Positions 41,980 through 51,498 of a stretch of 64,000 nucleotides of DNA are shown in pieces. This DNA is from an uncultured Erysipelotrichaceae bacterium (GTDB lineage: Bacteria > Bacillota_I > Bacilli_A > RF39 > UBA660), in NCBI GenBank assembly GCA_948444795.1, contig CAOJUX010000003.1:3451-67450 (forward strand), written 5' to 3'. Below the pieces are notes generated by a model that saw only the letters and a list, made by a program, of their open reading frames with translations, had not been told where the DNA came from and did not search any database. The position numbers and the translations under genes are program-made. Each line of letters begins with the position of its first letter. Positions within the stretch are counted from its first letter, which is position 1.

Positions 41980-42414
41980 TTGCCTGGTGTGGGACTTGGT
42001 GTAATTATTTTAGATAATAATAAAAGAATATTATTGATTAAGAGGAATGATAATTCAAATCTTGCAGATAGTGATATGCATTTAGAGGGGATGTGGACAT
42101 TACCAGCAGGTAAAGTTAATAAGGGAGAGACTTTATTAAAAGCTGCAATTAGAAAAGTAAAAGAAGAAGTGAATTTAAATGTTTCTAATTTAGAACTAAT
42201 ATCAATAGCAGATGATATTAATTCTTTTGCTCATTTTGTTACAGTTGGGTTTATAGCCAGAAAAATATCTGGTAGTATATCTTTAAAAGATACTTTAGAA
42301 CATACAGAATTTGGTTATTTTAAGTTAGATGAGTTACCTACAAATTTATGTGAACCATCTAAAAAAATAATAAATAATTATATAAATAAACAAATTTATA
42401 AGGGAGAGGATTAG
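41980..42414 (+). CDS. NUDIX hydrolase
   Basis: Nudix box GKVNKGETLLKAAIRKVKEEVNL; TTG start after a GGAGG RBS. Confidence 0.85.
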   Translation: MPGVGLGVIILDNNKRILLIKRNDNSNLADSDMHLEGMWTLPAGKVNKGETLLKAAIRKVKEEVNLNVSNLELISIADDINSFAHFVTVGFIARKISGSISLKDTLEHTEFGYFKLDELPTNLCEPSKKIINNYINKQIYKGED

Positions 42415-42417
42415 ATT

Positions 42418-43938
42418 ATGAAAGAAAAATATTATATAACTACAGCAATTGCTTATACATCAGGTAAACCTCATATTGGTAATACTTATGAAATTGTTCT
42501 TGCAGATGCTATTGCAAGATATAAAAGATTAAAAGGTTATGATGTTTATTTTCAAACAGGAACTGATGAACATGGAGAAAAGATTCAAATAAAGGCTAAA
42601 GAAGCTTTAATAAGTCCTAAAAAATATGTTGATAATATTTCAAGTGAGATTAAAAATATATGGGATATTATGAATACTAGTTATGATAAGTTTGTTAGGA
42701 CAACAGATAGTACTCATGAAAAAATAGTAAGTAAAATTTTTAAAAAGATGTATGATAAAGATGATATATATTTAGGCAAATATAGTGGGCTTTATTGTAC
42801 ACCATGTGAATCTTTTTGGACTGAAGCACAACTTGTAGATGGTAAATGTCCAGATTGTGGAAGAGATGTTGTAGAAAAATGTGAAGATGCTTATTTTTTC
42901 AGGTTAAGTAAATATCAAGATAAATTACTTAAATACATTGAATCACATCCTGATTTTATTAAACCAGAATCTAGAAAAAATGAGATGATTAATAATTTTA
43001 TTAAACCTGGATTACAAGATTTATGTGTTTCTAGAACTTCTTTTGATTGGGGCATTCCCGTTTCATTTGATGATAAACATGTTATTTATGTTTGGTTGGA
43101 TGCTTTAACTAATTATATTACTAATATCGGATATGATCCTGATAAAGAAAGTTTGGATTTTAATAAATGGTGGCCTTGTGATTTGCACTTAATTGGGAAA
43201 GATATTATTAGGTTTCATACCATTTATTGGCCTTGCTTTTTAATGAGTCTTGATCTTCCTTTGCCTAAGCAAGTTTTTGGTCATCCTTGGTTAATAGTTG
43301 CTGATGGTAAAATGAGTAAAAGTAAAGGCAATGTTATATATGCAGATGATTTAGCAAATGAATTTGGTGTTGATGCAGTTAGATATTATATGTTACATGA
43401 AATTCCTTATTCAAGTGATGGAGTATTTACTAAAGAATTATTAATAGAAAGAATAAATAGTGATTTAGTTAATATTCTTGGAAATTTAGTTAATAGAACT
43501 ATATCAATGGCAAAGAAATATTTTAATAGCCATTTAGAAAATAAAAAAGTAAATGAATTAGTAGATGAGGATCTTAAAAAAATTGTAAAAGAAATTAATC
43601 AAAAAATAGATGATAAAATGAATAATTTGGAAATTGGAGCTGCTATTGATGTTATTTTTGAGGCTCTTAGAAGATGTAATAAATATATTGATGAAGTTAC
43701 CCCTTGGATACTTGCTAAAGATATTTCAAAAAAAGATAGATTAGAAACAGTTTTATATAATTTAATTGAATCTATTAGAGTTTGTTCTGTTTATTTAAGC
43801 CCTTATCTTCCTGAGACTAGTAAGAAGATATTAAAACAGCTTAATACTGATAATGAAGCTTTAGAATTTATGGATAATAATATTTATGATTTAAATGAAG
43901 CAGAAATATTGTTTGAAAGAATTGATGTTAATAAGTAA
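42418..43938 (+). CDS. metG: methionine--tRNA ligase (short form)
   Basis: HIGH (KPHIGNTYE), zinc knuckles CTPCE / CPDCG, KMSKS. Confidence 0.96.
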   Translation: MKEKYYITTAIAYTSGKPHIGNTYEIVLADAIARYKRLKGYDVYFQTGTDEHGEKIQIKAKEALISPKKYVDNISSEIKNIWDIMNTSYDKFVRTTDSTHEKIVSKIFKKMYDKDDIYLGKYSGLYCTPCESFWTEAQLVDGKCPDCGRDVVEKCEDAYFFRLSKYQDKLLKYIESHPDFIKPESRKNEMINNFIKPGLQDLCVSRTSFDWGIPVSFDDKHVIYVWLDALTNYITNIGYDPDKESLDFNKWWPCDLHLIGKDIIRFHTIYWPCFLMSLDLPLPKQVFGHPWLIVADGKMSKSKGNVIYADDLANEFGVDAVRYYMLHEIPYSSDGVFTKELLIERINSDLVNILGNLVNRTISMAKKYFNSHLENKKVNELVDEDLKKIVKEINQKIDDKMNNLEIGAAIDVIFEALRRCNKYIDEVTPWILAKDISKKDRLETVLYNLIESIRVCSVYLSPYLPETSKKILKQLNTDNEALEFMDNNIYDLNEAEILFERIDVNK

Positions 43939-43953
43939 TGATTATTTAAATCA

Positions 43954-44190
43954 TTATTTTTTTATTATAGAACTTTTTTTATATGGTTTTCTTTCATCTG
44001 TTCTTCCTACTAAATAATCAATACTAGTATTATAAAAATCAGCTAATTTATATATTTTATCAAGAGGAATTATTCTTATACCTAATTCATATTCGCTATA
44101 TACTTGTTGGGTTGTATTTAATATTTTGGCAATATCTTTTTGATATAAATCTTTATCTTCTCTGATTTCTCTTAATCTATTTAAATTCAT
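43954..44190 (-). CDS. XRE-family helix-turn-helix transcriptional regulator
   Basis: HTH_3 pattern LYQKDIAKILNTTQQVYSEYELGIRIIPLDKIYKLADFYNTSIDYLVG. Confidence 0.85.
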   Translation of the reverse strand: MNLNRLREIREDKDLYQKDIAKILNTTQQVYSEYELGIRIIPLDKIYKLADFYNTSIDYLVGRTDERKPYKKSSIIKK

Positions 44191-44235
44191 GTAAACACCT
44201 CTATTATTATTTTTTCATACATTAAATAAAATGTA

Positions 44236-44264
44236 TTGACAAGACACGAAAAATCATGTACCAT
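44236..44264 (+). promoter_or_regulatory. sigma-A-type promoter, divergent from the XRE gene
   Basis: TTGACA (44236..44241), 17 nt, TACCAT (44259..44264). Confidence 0.45.
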
Positions 44265-44308
44265 AAAATATATACATGATATATAATGTATGCATTAATG
44301 AGGTAATT

Positions 44309-45343
44309 ATGAAAAAATATAATAGAAATAAAAAAAGAAATAGTATAATAATTATAAGTGTAGTAATAGTAGTAGGAATAGTCTCTATAGTAAGTTTAAT
44401 TAAAAGTCATGCATACTTTGAAACTAGAAAGAGTTTTGATGTATTAAAAGGAAGAGTACCAAATTTTGTAAAAGGAGATATCAAGTTTGCGTTTGTAGTA
44501 GATGGAGTGGAAGAAAAGACGTTACCTAAAAAGGATAGTGGATATCATTTTGTAGGTTCAGAGTGTACAAGTGGAGCAAAAGCTTCGTGGAATGAACTAT
44601 CGTGGAGCGTGAGTGTATCAAATTTAAGTGAAAACGGAACATCTTGTACATTAAAGTTTGAAAAGAAAGAGTTAAATTTTGATTATGGAGATGGTTCTTT
44701 AAATACAGTATCTAGAAGTTGTGAATTAAATGGATATGTTTGTACAAATCTTAGTGAAACTATTGGAGGTTATGTTGATAAAGTATATATATATGATTAT
44801 GAAACTGGTATTGATACTAAACTAAATAGTGATGTTCAATTTTATACTGGTAATTTAAATATGGACATATCTTTAAAAAATTTATCTGGTATTACAACAC
44901 CATTAAATCCATTGATAGATTCCAGTAGTATTACTGTTCAAAGTGGAGATAATGAGTTAACAGTTAATAATATTTCTAGCATTAATTCAATAATAATGTT
45001 ATATTTTTGGTATGGAAATGTTAGGGAGTGTGGTATTAGTAATTTAAAACTAAATATAGATAGTAATTATTATACTTTAAAAGAAGCTGTAAATACTAAA
45101 AAAATAAAACCCTTAGTTATAATGGATAGTTGGGGATATGGTAGTAATTGGCTTGGCAATAATGTAGCTAATTTATATGATGGGGGAACTTATAAAGCAG
45201 GTTATCCTCTACTTAAAGTATATTTTATGTTAGAACAAAATTCGGTTTTAAAAAGTATAAAATTTTCTAGCGCTTATACTATTACTTCTGGTGGTGGTTG
45301 GTTTAATGCCTATAAAGCAGATAATCAAATTCTTCATCTTTAA
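44309..45343 (+). CDS. secreted/anchored orphan protein with TasA/camelysin-type (SipW-class) signal peptide
   Basis: ATG 44309 follows a GAGG RBS. N-terminus is MKKYNRNKKRNSIIIISVVIVVGIVSIVSLIKSHAYFETRKSF (K-rich n-region, h-region, A-Y-F-E). Paralog of the pseudogene at 12168..13163. Confidence 0.7.
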   Translation: MKKYNRNKKRNSIIIISVVIVVGIVSIVSLIKSHAYFETRKSFDVLKGRVPNFVKGDIKFAFVVDGVEEKTLPKKDSGYHFVGSECTSGAKASWNELSWSVSVSNLSENGTSCTLKFEKKELNFDYGDGSLNTVSRSCELNGYVCTNLSETIGGYVDKVYIYDYETGIDTKLNSDVQFYTGNLNMDISLKNLSGITTPLNPLIDSSSITVQSGDNELTVNNISSINSIIMLYFWYGNVRECGISNLKLNIDSNYYTLKEAVNTKKIKPLVIMDSWGYGSNWLGNNVANLYDGGTYKAGYPLLKVYFMLEQNSVLKSIKFSSAYTITSGGGWFNAYKADNQILHL

Positions 45344-45348
45344 TATTT

Positions 45349-45378
45349 AAGTATCCTTAATTTGGATGCTTTTCTTTT
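45349..45378 (+). terminator. rho-independent terminator
   Basis: aagtatcc pairs with ggatgctt (one G-U pair), followed by tttcttt. Confidence 0.55.
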
Positions 45379-45417
45379 AGTATTATTTAATGTATAATGT
45401 TCTAGGAGGCTTTGGAA

Positions 45418-46227
45418 GTGACTTATGATAATATTTTTTATGAAAATGAAGATAAATATGAAATAGAAAATCAAAATATATTTAAATGTTTTATAAATAG
45501 TTTTTTAAATAAAGTCGATTTAAATTTTGATGAGGTTAAATTACTTTATTCTGGTAGTAATGAAGACTATATAACATTTTTTAATTATTTAAGCGATTAT
45601 ATATATGAATATTATCCATGTTATATTGAAAAGTTTTATGAACTACTTAAAAGTTTTGGTTACAATATGAATTATGAAATTCAAAATGCTATGTTTAATT
45701 TACGTAATGGTATTACTAAAGAAACTAGAAATTATGTTTTAAAATCACCATATATAAATGATATTGAATCAAAAGCTGGTGAAATAATTATATATAGCGA
45801 TAAATTAGGAACACATTCATTTTTGCCTGTTAAAAAGTATTTTAAAGATAGTTTTGATGTTAAAAAATTTTTAAAAAGAAATAGAAGGCATTTGACTGGT
45901 GAATGTCACCAAAGATCATGGGAATTGTTAGATATACTTTCAAATGTAAATTTGGTTACAAGTTTATTGCCTTATTATTTTATGGGAACTATTTATCATA
46001 GTGTTCTTAGAAGTGATGATAATATGATAATAGATGTTGCTAATGAAATTGTATATAAAAATAAAGTTATGGATGAAGTATTTGGAGGTAAGATTGTTTG
46101 TGAAACTAAAAAAATTGATTTAGAATCTCATCTTTATGAAGCTATTATGGCTTCTGATGATACAAATATTGAAGAAGAATATAGTGAACCATTAATTTTA
46201 GCACTTCATAAACAATCGTTAGAATAA
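45418..46227 (+). CDS. orphan protein with a possible transglutaminase-like Cys-His-Asp signature
   Basis: ORF 45412..46227; GTG 45418 is better spaced from the AGGAGG RBS. The C-terminal half reads GECHQRSWELL...YHSVL...IIDVAN. No family confidently recognised. Confidence 0.55.
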   Translation: MTYDNIFYENEDKYEIENQNIFKCFINSFLNKVDLNFDEVKLLYSGSNEDYITFFNYLSDYIYEYYPCYIEKFYELLKSFGYNMNYEIQNAMFNLRNGITKETRNYVLKSPYINDIESKAGEIIIYSDKLGTHSFLPVKKYFKDSFDVKKFLKRNRRHLTGECHQRSWELLDILSNVNLVTSLLPYYFMGTIYHSVLRSDDNMIIDVANEIVYKNKVMDEVFGGKIVCETKKIDLESHLYEAIMASDDTNIEEEYSEPLILALHKQSLE

Positions 46228-46273
46228 ATTTTAAAAAAATATTATATATTTAATTTAGAAAAGAGGTACTTTT

Positions 46274-46894
46274 ATGGAAGATAAAAATAAAATGAAGGTG
46301 TTGTATTTAGAGGATATATTTAGTAATCATATTCCTTTAAAATATTATGTTAAGAGCAAAAGAAATGTACAATTTAAGTATGTAATTTATTATCAGTTAT
46401 TGTGTCAAAGTTATGATAAAATAGGAGAAGATTTTTTTCCAGGAGAAATAAGGGATATTTTTATTAGGCATAGTAATAAATATGGATTTTATGGTAAAGA
46501 TTCAGGATTATATAATGTAACTAGCGATGAATATTTAAAAAATGGTAGTAGTTATGTTTACAGTGATTATAAAGGACAACTTAATAATTACTTGGATATG
46601 TGGCTTGTTAATAGAATTTTTAATAATAATGCTAGGAAAAACGATTTACGAAAAATAATGGCTAGTAGATCTATTTTGGCTGCTTCAAGTTATTTAGAAG
46701 AACAATCTGATGAATTTATTATAAAACAGGATAATCTGGCTGCTATAAGAAGATTTTTAACTTTAATGGAAGATAAAGATTTAAGATCTTTTTTGAATAT
46801 GAATTTTAAAGATGTTTTTTATAATTTTGATATAACAGATTTGAAAGAACAAATAACTGATGAGATTATAAAATTAAATAGAACTCGAAAGTAG
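46274..46894 (+). CDS. orphan hypothetical protein
   Basis: 206-aa ORF with an AGAGG RBS and no recognisable motif. Confidence 0.5.
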   Translation: MEDKNKMKVLYLEDIFSNHIPLKYYVKSKRNVQFKYVIYYQLLCQSYDKIGEDFFPGEIRDIFIRHSNKYGFYGKDSGLYNVTSDEYLKNGSSYVYSDYKGQLNNYLDMWLVNRIFNNNARKNDLRKIMASRSILAASSYLEEQSDEFIIKQDNLAAIRRFLTLMEDKDLRSFLNMNFKDVFYNFDITDLKEQITDEIIKLNRTRK

Positions 46895-46942
46895 AAGTTT
46901 ACTTATGTTTATTTTTATTATATTATTTTAGTGGTGATACAT

Positions 46943-47689
46943 ATGTTTTGCGATACTCATTGTCATTTATTTAAAGAGTATTATAATGATATCAAGCAAG
47001 TAATTAATGATTCAGTAAAAGATAATGTTAATAGATTTATTGTTGCAGGTTGTGATAATTTATCTAATAAAGAGGTAATAGAGCTAATAGAAAAAGATAA
47101 TTGCTATGGATGTTTAGGAATTCATCCAGAATATGCAAAGAAATATAAAGATGAGGATTTAGATTTTATTGAACAAAATTTAAATAATAAAAAAATAGTT
47201 GCTATAGGTGAAATAGGACTTGATTATTATTATGAGAAAGAAAGTAGAAAAGAACAAATTAAGTTATTTGAACAACAATTAGAACTTGCCCAAAAGTATA
47301 AAGTGCCTGTTGTAATACACTCAAGGGAAGCAACAAAAGATACAATAGATATTTTGAAAAAGTATCAAGTAAAAGGTGTAATACATTCTTTTAATGGGAG
47401 TTTAGAGACTGCTCAAACATATATAAGAATGGGCTTTTTATTAGGTGTTAATGGAGTTATTACTTTTAAAAATTGTAAGTTACTGGAAGTTTATAAAAAA
47501 CTTGGTATCAATCATATTGTTTTGGAAACTGATAGCCCTTATCTTACTCCAACACCTTTTAGAGGCAAGCAAAATTATCCTGGAAGAGTTTATACGATTG
47601 CTAAATTTTTAAGTGATAATCTTAATATAAGCATGCCAGAAATAGAAGAAATTACCAATAAGAATATAAAGCAAGTTTTTGACATTTAG
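46943..47689 (+). CDS. tatD: TatD-family metal-dependent DNase/hydrolase (YabD)
   Basis: N-terminus MFCDTHCHLF, motifs GEIGLDYYY and VIHSR. Confidence 0.92.
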   Translation: MFCDTHCHLFKEYYNDIKQVINDSVKDNVNRFIVAGCDNLSNKEVIELIEKDNCYGCLGIHPEYAKKYKDEDLDFIEQNLNNKKIVAIGEIGLDYYYEKESRKEQIKLFEQQLELAQKYKVPVVIHSREATKDTIDILKKYQVKGVIHSFNGSLETAQTYIRMGFLLGVNGVITFKNCKLLEVYKKLGINHIVLETDSPYLTPTPFRGKQNYPGRVYTIAKFLSDNLNISMPEIEEITNKNIKQVFDI

Positions 47690-47733
47690 GGTTTATTTTG
47701 TTAAAATTAACTTAAGAATTCGAGGTGCATTTA

Positions 47734-48267
47734 ATGCTATCTGATATATTAAAAAACATAAACAAATTAATTCAAGTATTTTTAATTATCGTATTAGCTT
47801 TAGTAGTTAATTCTACTAATAATGTAAAAGAACATAAGATATATAATGATAATTATAATAGATCAATAGATTTATCTACTATGGCTCTTAAGTTAAAAGA
47901 GGATACTTTACATGACTTATATAGTGCTAAGGATACTTTTACAGGTGATTTAACAGCTTATTATGCTAATTGTCCTTTATGTAGTGGACGTCTGGCATGT
48001 CTTCCTAATTATAATGTTTTAAATGGAACTGAAACTTATCAAGATATTTCATATGGTAAAGTTAGAATAGTTGCTTCTTCTAATAACTTATCATGTGGAA
48101 CGATTATAAAATTTAATAAAGATAATTTGAGTAGTGATCCTATTATTGCTATTGTTCTCGATCGAGGAGTTTTGGGGAATAATATTGATTTATTAATGAA
48201 TAGTAATGCTAATATAGTTGGGAGATCTTCTATAACCTATGATGTACTTCGAAGTGGATGGCAATAA
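47734..48267 (+). CDS. 3D-domain (MltA/RlpA-like double-psi barrel) protein, YabE-like position
   Basis: TM anchor, DLTAYYANCPLC, and AIVLDRGVLGNNIDLLM (3D motif). Sits between tatD and ksgA, as B. subtilis yabE does. Confidence 0.65.
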   Translation: MLSDILKNINKLIQVFLIIVLALVVNSTNNVKEHKIYNDNYNRSIDLSTMALKLKEDTLHDLYSAKDTFTGDLTAYYANCPLCSGRLACLPNYNVLNGTETYQDISYGKVRIVASSNNLSCGTIIKFNKDNLSSDPIIAIVLDRGVLGNNIDLLMNSNANIVGRSSITYDVLRSGWQ

Positions 48268-49049
48268 TGAAAGCAAAAAAAAAATTTGGTCAAAATTTTC
48301 TTTCTGATGATTTTATTTTGAGTAATATTACAAATTCTATTAATGTAAATAGAGATGATTTAATTATTGAAATTGGTCCTGGTAAAGGGTCTTTGACTGC
48401 TAAACTTTTTAACCTAAATTGTTATTTAATTTGTTATGAGATAGATGAAGATATGAAATCTTTTATTAGTAAATTTAATTCTGTTAGGTCAGAAGTAATA
48501 TTTGGTGATTTCTTAAAAACAAATTTAGAAGAAGATATAAAAAAATATAAATATAATAATATTCACGTTGTTGCTAATATACCATATTATATAACATCTC
48601 CTATATTATTTAAATTATTAGATTCAGAGATTGATTTTCAAAATATTGTTTTATTGGTACAGAAAGAATTTGCAGATAGATTATGTGCAAGTTATAAAAC
48701 GCGTGATTATAATGCTTTAACATTGTATGTTGATTTTAAATATAATTCTAAAATTTTATTTACAGTAGATCAAAAATATTTTAATCCAATGCCTAATGTT
48801 GATAGTGCTGTTGTTAAATTAAGTAAAAAAAATGATATTATAGATTTAGATACAGAGAAATATTTTAATTTTATTAGAGCTTGTTTTAAATCTAAAAGAA
48901 AGACATTAAAAAATAATTTAAGCGGTTATAATTTTGATAAAATAAAAAATATTTTGGAAAGTATAGGATATAAGGAAAATGTACGTGCTGAAGAAATTAA
49001 AAAATGTGATTTTCCTGTTTTATATCAAAAATATTTTGAAGAATTATAG
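48258..49049 (+). CDS. rsmA: 16S rRNA (adenine1518/1519-N6)-dimethyltransferase
   Basis: KKFGQNFL motif, EIGPGKGSLT, NIPYYITSP. The start may be ATG 48267, which overlaps the upstream stop. Confidence 0.94.
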   Translation: MAIMKAKKKFGQNFLSDDFILSNITNSINVNRDDLIIEIGPGKGSLTAKLFNLNCYLICYEIDEDMKSFISKFNSVRSEVIFGDFLKTNLEEDIKKYKYNNIHVVANIPYYITSPILFKLLDSEIDFQNIVLLVQKEFADRLCASYKTRDYNALTLYVDFKYNSKILFTVDQKYFNPMPNVDSAVVKLSKKNDIIDLDTEKYFNFIRACFKSKRKTLKNNLSGYNFDKIKNILESIGYKENVRAEEIKKCDFPVLYQKYFEEL

Positions 49050-49088
49050 TTTTATGATATAATTTTTCTGAGAGGAGTTTGTAGTAAA

Positions 49089-49433
49089 ATGATTAAAAAA
49101 AGAGATATTGTAACTTGTGTTATTTTAAGTATAGTTACATGTGGATTATATGGCATTTATTGGTTTATAAGTTTGACTGACGATGTTAGAGCTGTAAGTG
49201 GTGATGAAAGATTATCAGGTGGCAAATGTTTCTTATTAACATTAATCACTTGTGGTATTTATGGTATTTATTGGGCTTATCTAATAGGTAAAGCTATGAT
49301 GCAAGTTAATAAAAATAATAATGATAATTCTTTACTATATTTAATATTACAAATATTTGGTCTTGGAATTGTTACTTATTGTTTAGTTCAAAATGATTTA
49401 AATGCTATAGCAGATGAAAAAGAAAGTAAATAA
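49089..49433 (+). CDS. DUF4234-type small membrane protein
   Basis: Duplicated TCGLYGIYWF / TCGIYGIYWAY motifs. Confidence 0.7.
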   Translation: MIKKRDIVTCVILSIVTCGLYGIYWFISLTDDVRAVSGDERLSGGKCFLLTLITCGIYGIYWAYLIGKAMMQVNKNNNDNSLLYLILQIFGLGIVTYCLVQNDLNAIADEKESK

Positions 49434-49469
49434 AATGAATAATTTAATTTATTCTTTTTTTATATTATT

Positions 49470-49838
49470 ATGAAGAAAATATTAATATTTAGTTTTATTT
49501 TAATTTTATATTTAATTTTGGGCAGCCATTATAATATATTAATTCCCTGCCCTTTTAAGTTTATAACAGGTTTTTATTGCCCAGGCTGTGGGATTACTAG
49601 AATGCTTCTAGCTATGTTAAAAGGTGATTTTTATCAAGCATTTCGTTATAATCCTCTTTTATTTTTGATGTTACCATTTTTTATAATATATTTTTTAGAA
49701 ATAAATTTGAGAAAAAATAATTCGATATTTAAAAAAATTGATAAATTATGGTTATTTTTGATTGTTATTTTTATATCTTATGGAATTATACGAAATATTT
49801 CTGCATTTTCTTATTTAATTCCTACAGTTGTAGATTAG
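49470..49838 (+). CDS. DUF2752-type membrane protein
   Basis: CPFKFITGFYCPGCGITRM motif. Confidence 0.7.
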   Translation: MKKILIFSFILILYLILGSHYNILIPCPFKFITGFYCPGCGITRMLLAMLKGDFYQAFRYNPLLFLMLPFFIIYFLEINLRKNNSIFKKIDKLWLFLIVIFISYGIIRNISAFSYLIPTVVD

Positions 49839-49887
49839 TTTGTAATAACTAACCTTTTTTTTCATATATTTGTATAGGTGATTAAAA

Positions 49888-50658
49888 ATGCAATTTAAAA
49901 AGGGAGATATAGTTAGTAGAAAAAGTTATAATAATGATACATTATTTAAAATTGTGAATATTAAAGATAATATATGTTATTTAAAAGGAATAGATGTTAG
50001 ACTTTATGCTGATAGTGATAAATCCGACTTAGTTAAAGATAAAATAAAAGATGAAGAACCAGAAGAAAATTTAGATCTGGATGATGTTTTAGATAGAAGT
50101 GAGTATTTTTATTTGCCTGGTAAAATTTTGCATTTAGATGGTGATAATGATTATTTACAAAGATGTTTAAATTATTATAAAAAATATAAAATATTTGCTG
50201 TAGGTAAAAGAATAAATGAATCTGATATGCCAGTAAAAATAAAAAGTTTATTACAAGAATATAAACCTGATATTGTAATAATTACTGGGCATGATGCTTA
50301 TTATAAAAAAAAAGGTAATAATAAAGATATTAGAAATTATAAAAATACAGAAAATTTTATCAAATCAGTTAGAGAATGTCGTAATTATGAAAAAAGTCAT
50401 GAGAAATTGGTTATTATAGCTGGTGCTTGCCAAAGTAATTATGAAGAATTAATTAAAGCTGGAGCAAATTTTGCATCAAGTCCTAAAAGAATAAATATTC
50501 ATTGTTTAGATCCTGCTATTATAGCTACGAGTTTATCTTTGACAGAAAAAAATAAAGAAATAGATTTAATAAATTTACTTGATAAAACCAAATATGGTAA
50601 AGATGGTATGGGTGGTTTAAAATCAAGTGGAATGATGTATGTGGGTTATCCAAGATAA
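49888..50658 (+). CDS. yabG: sporulation-specific peptidase YabG
   Basis: Motifs IVIITGHDAY and IIAGACQSNYE; ksgA-yabG-veg neighbourhood. Confidence 0.85.
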   Translation: MQFKKGDIVSRKSYNNDTLFKIVNIKDNICYLKGIDVRLYADSDKSDLVKDKIKDEEPEENLDLDDVLDRSEYFYLPGKILHLDGDNDYLQRCLNYYKKYKIFAVGKRINESDMPVKIKSLLQEYKPDIVIITGHDAYYKKKGNNKDIRNYKNTENFIKSVRECRNYEKSHEKLVIIAGACQSNYEELIKAGANFASSPKRINIHCLDPAIIATSLSLTEKNKEIDLINLLDKTKYGKDGMGGLKSSGMMYVGYPR

Positions 50659-50671
50659 GGGGGGAATTTTT

Positions 50672-50884
50672 TTGAATATAACTGATATTAAAAATGATAT
50701 AAAAAAGCATATTGGTTGTGAAGTATATGCTAAAGTCTATGGTATGAGAAATAAAACATATATAATTGAAGGATATATTTCAAATGCTTATCCTAGTATT
50801 TTTACTATAAATGAAGGTGGTATTGAAAAAAGTTTTAGTTATTCTGATATAGCTACTGGAGAAATTATTATCAAATATATGTAA
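50672..50884 (+). CDS. veg: Veg protein
   Basis: ITDIKNDIKKHIG...YPSIFTI...SFSYSDI pattern. TTG 50672 follows an AAGGGGGG RBS; the track start 50639 overlaps yabG. Confidence 0.85.
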   Translation: MNITDIKNDIKKHIGCEVYAKVYGMRNKTYIIEGYISNAYPSIFTINEGGIEKSFSYSDIATGEIIIKYM

Positions 50885-50961
50885 AAAGACTTGATATGTT
50901 TTAAATAATATTTTAAAATAGAATTAGGTTAAGGTAATTAATACTTGAAAGGAGTGGTATA

Positions 50962-51219
50962 GTGAATATTACATCTGTAACTGTACGTAAATTTGAAAAA
51001 GAAGGAAATCGTATGAAAGGAATAGCAACTGTTGTTATTGATGATGCTTTTGCTATTCATGATATTAGAATCATTGAAGGAGATAATGGCTTATTTATCG
51101 CTATGCCTAGTAGAAAAACATCTACTGGGGAATATAGAGATATAGCTCATCCTATTAATTCTGATGTTAGAGCTGAATTCCAAAAGGTTATTTTAGCTGA
51201 ATATGAAAAATGTGAATAA
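50962..51219 (+). CDS. spoVG: septation/sporulation regulator SpoVG
   Basis: N-terminus ITSVTVRKFEKEGNRMKGIATVVIDDAFAIHDIRIIEGDNGLFIAMPSRKT. Confidence 0.95.
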   Translation: MNITSVTVRKFEKEGNRMKGIATVVIDDAFAIHDIRIIEGDNGLFIAMPSRKTSTGEYRDIAHPINSDVRAEFQKVILAEYEKCE

Positions 51220-51498
51220 AATTTAAAGGACATATTGTTCTTTTTATTTTGGTAAAAATTTATATTAGCATTTTAAAATGGACTTTATTTTGTTATTTTT
51301 GTTAAAATAATACTATCGGAGGGTGTTATGGCAAAATAAGTAATAGCGTTCAGTTTAATAGTAGTAGAGGAACGAATTACTTTTCTGGATTTGTGGCGTG
51401 TAAAATACCTGATACAGTAATGTATCTTAAATAAAGTTATAATAAATTCATAAATCTTATATTATTTTCATATTCTTTACTAGGAGCGTGATATAGTA

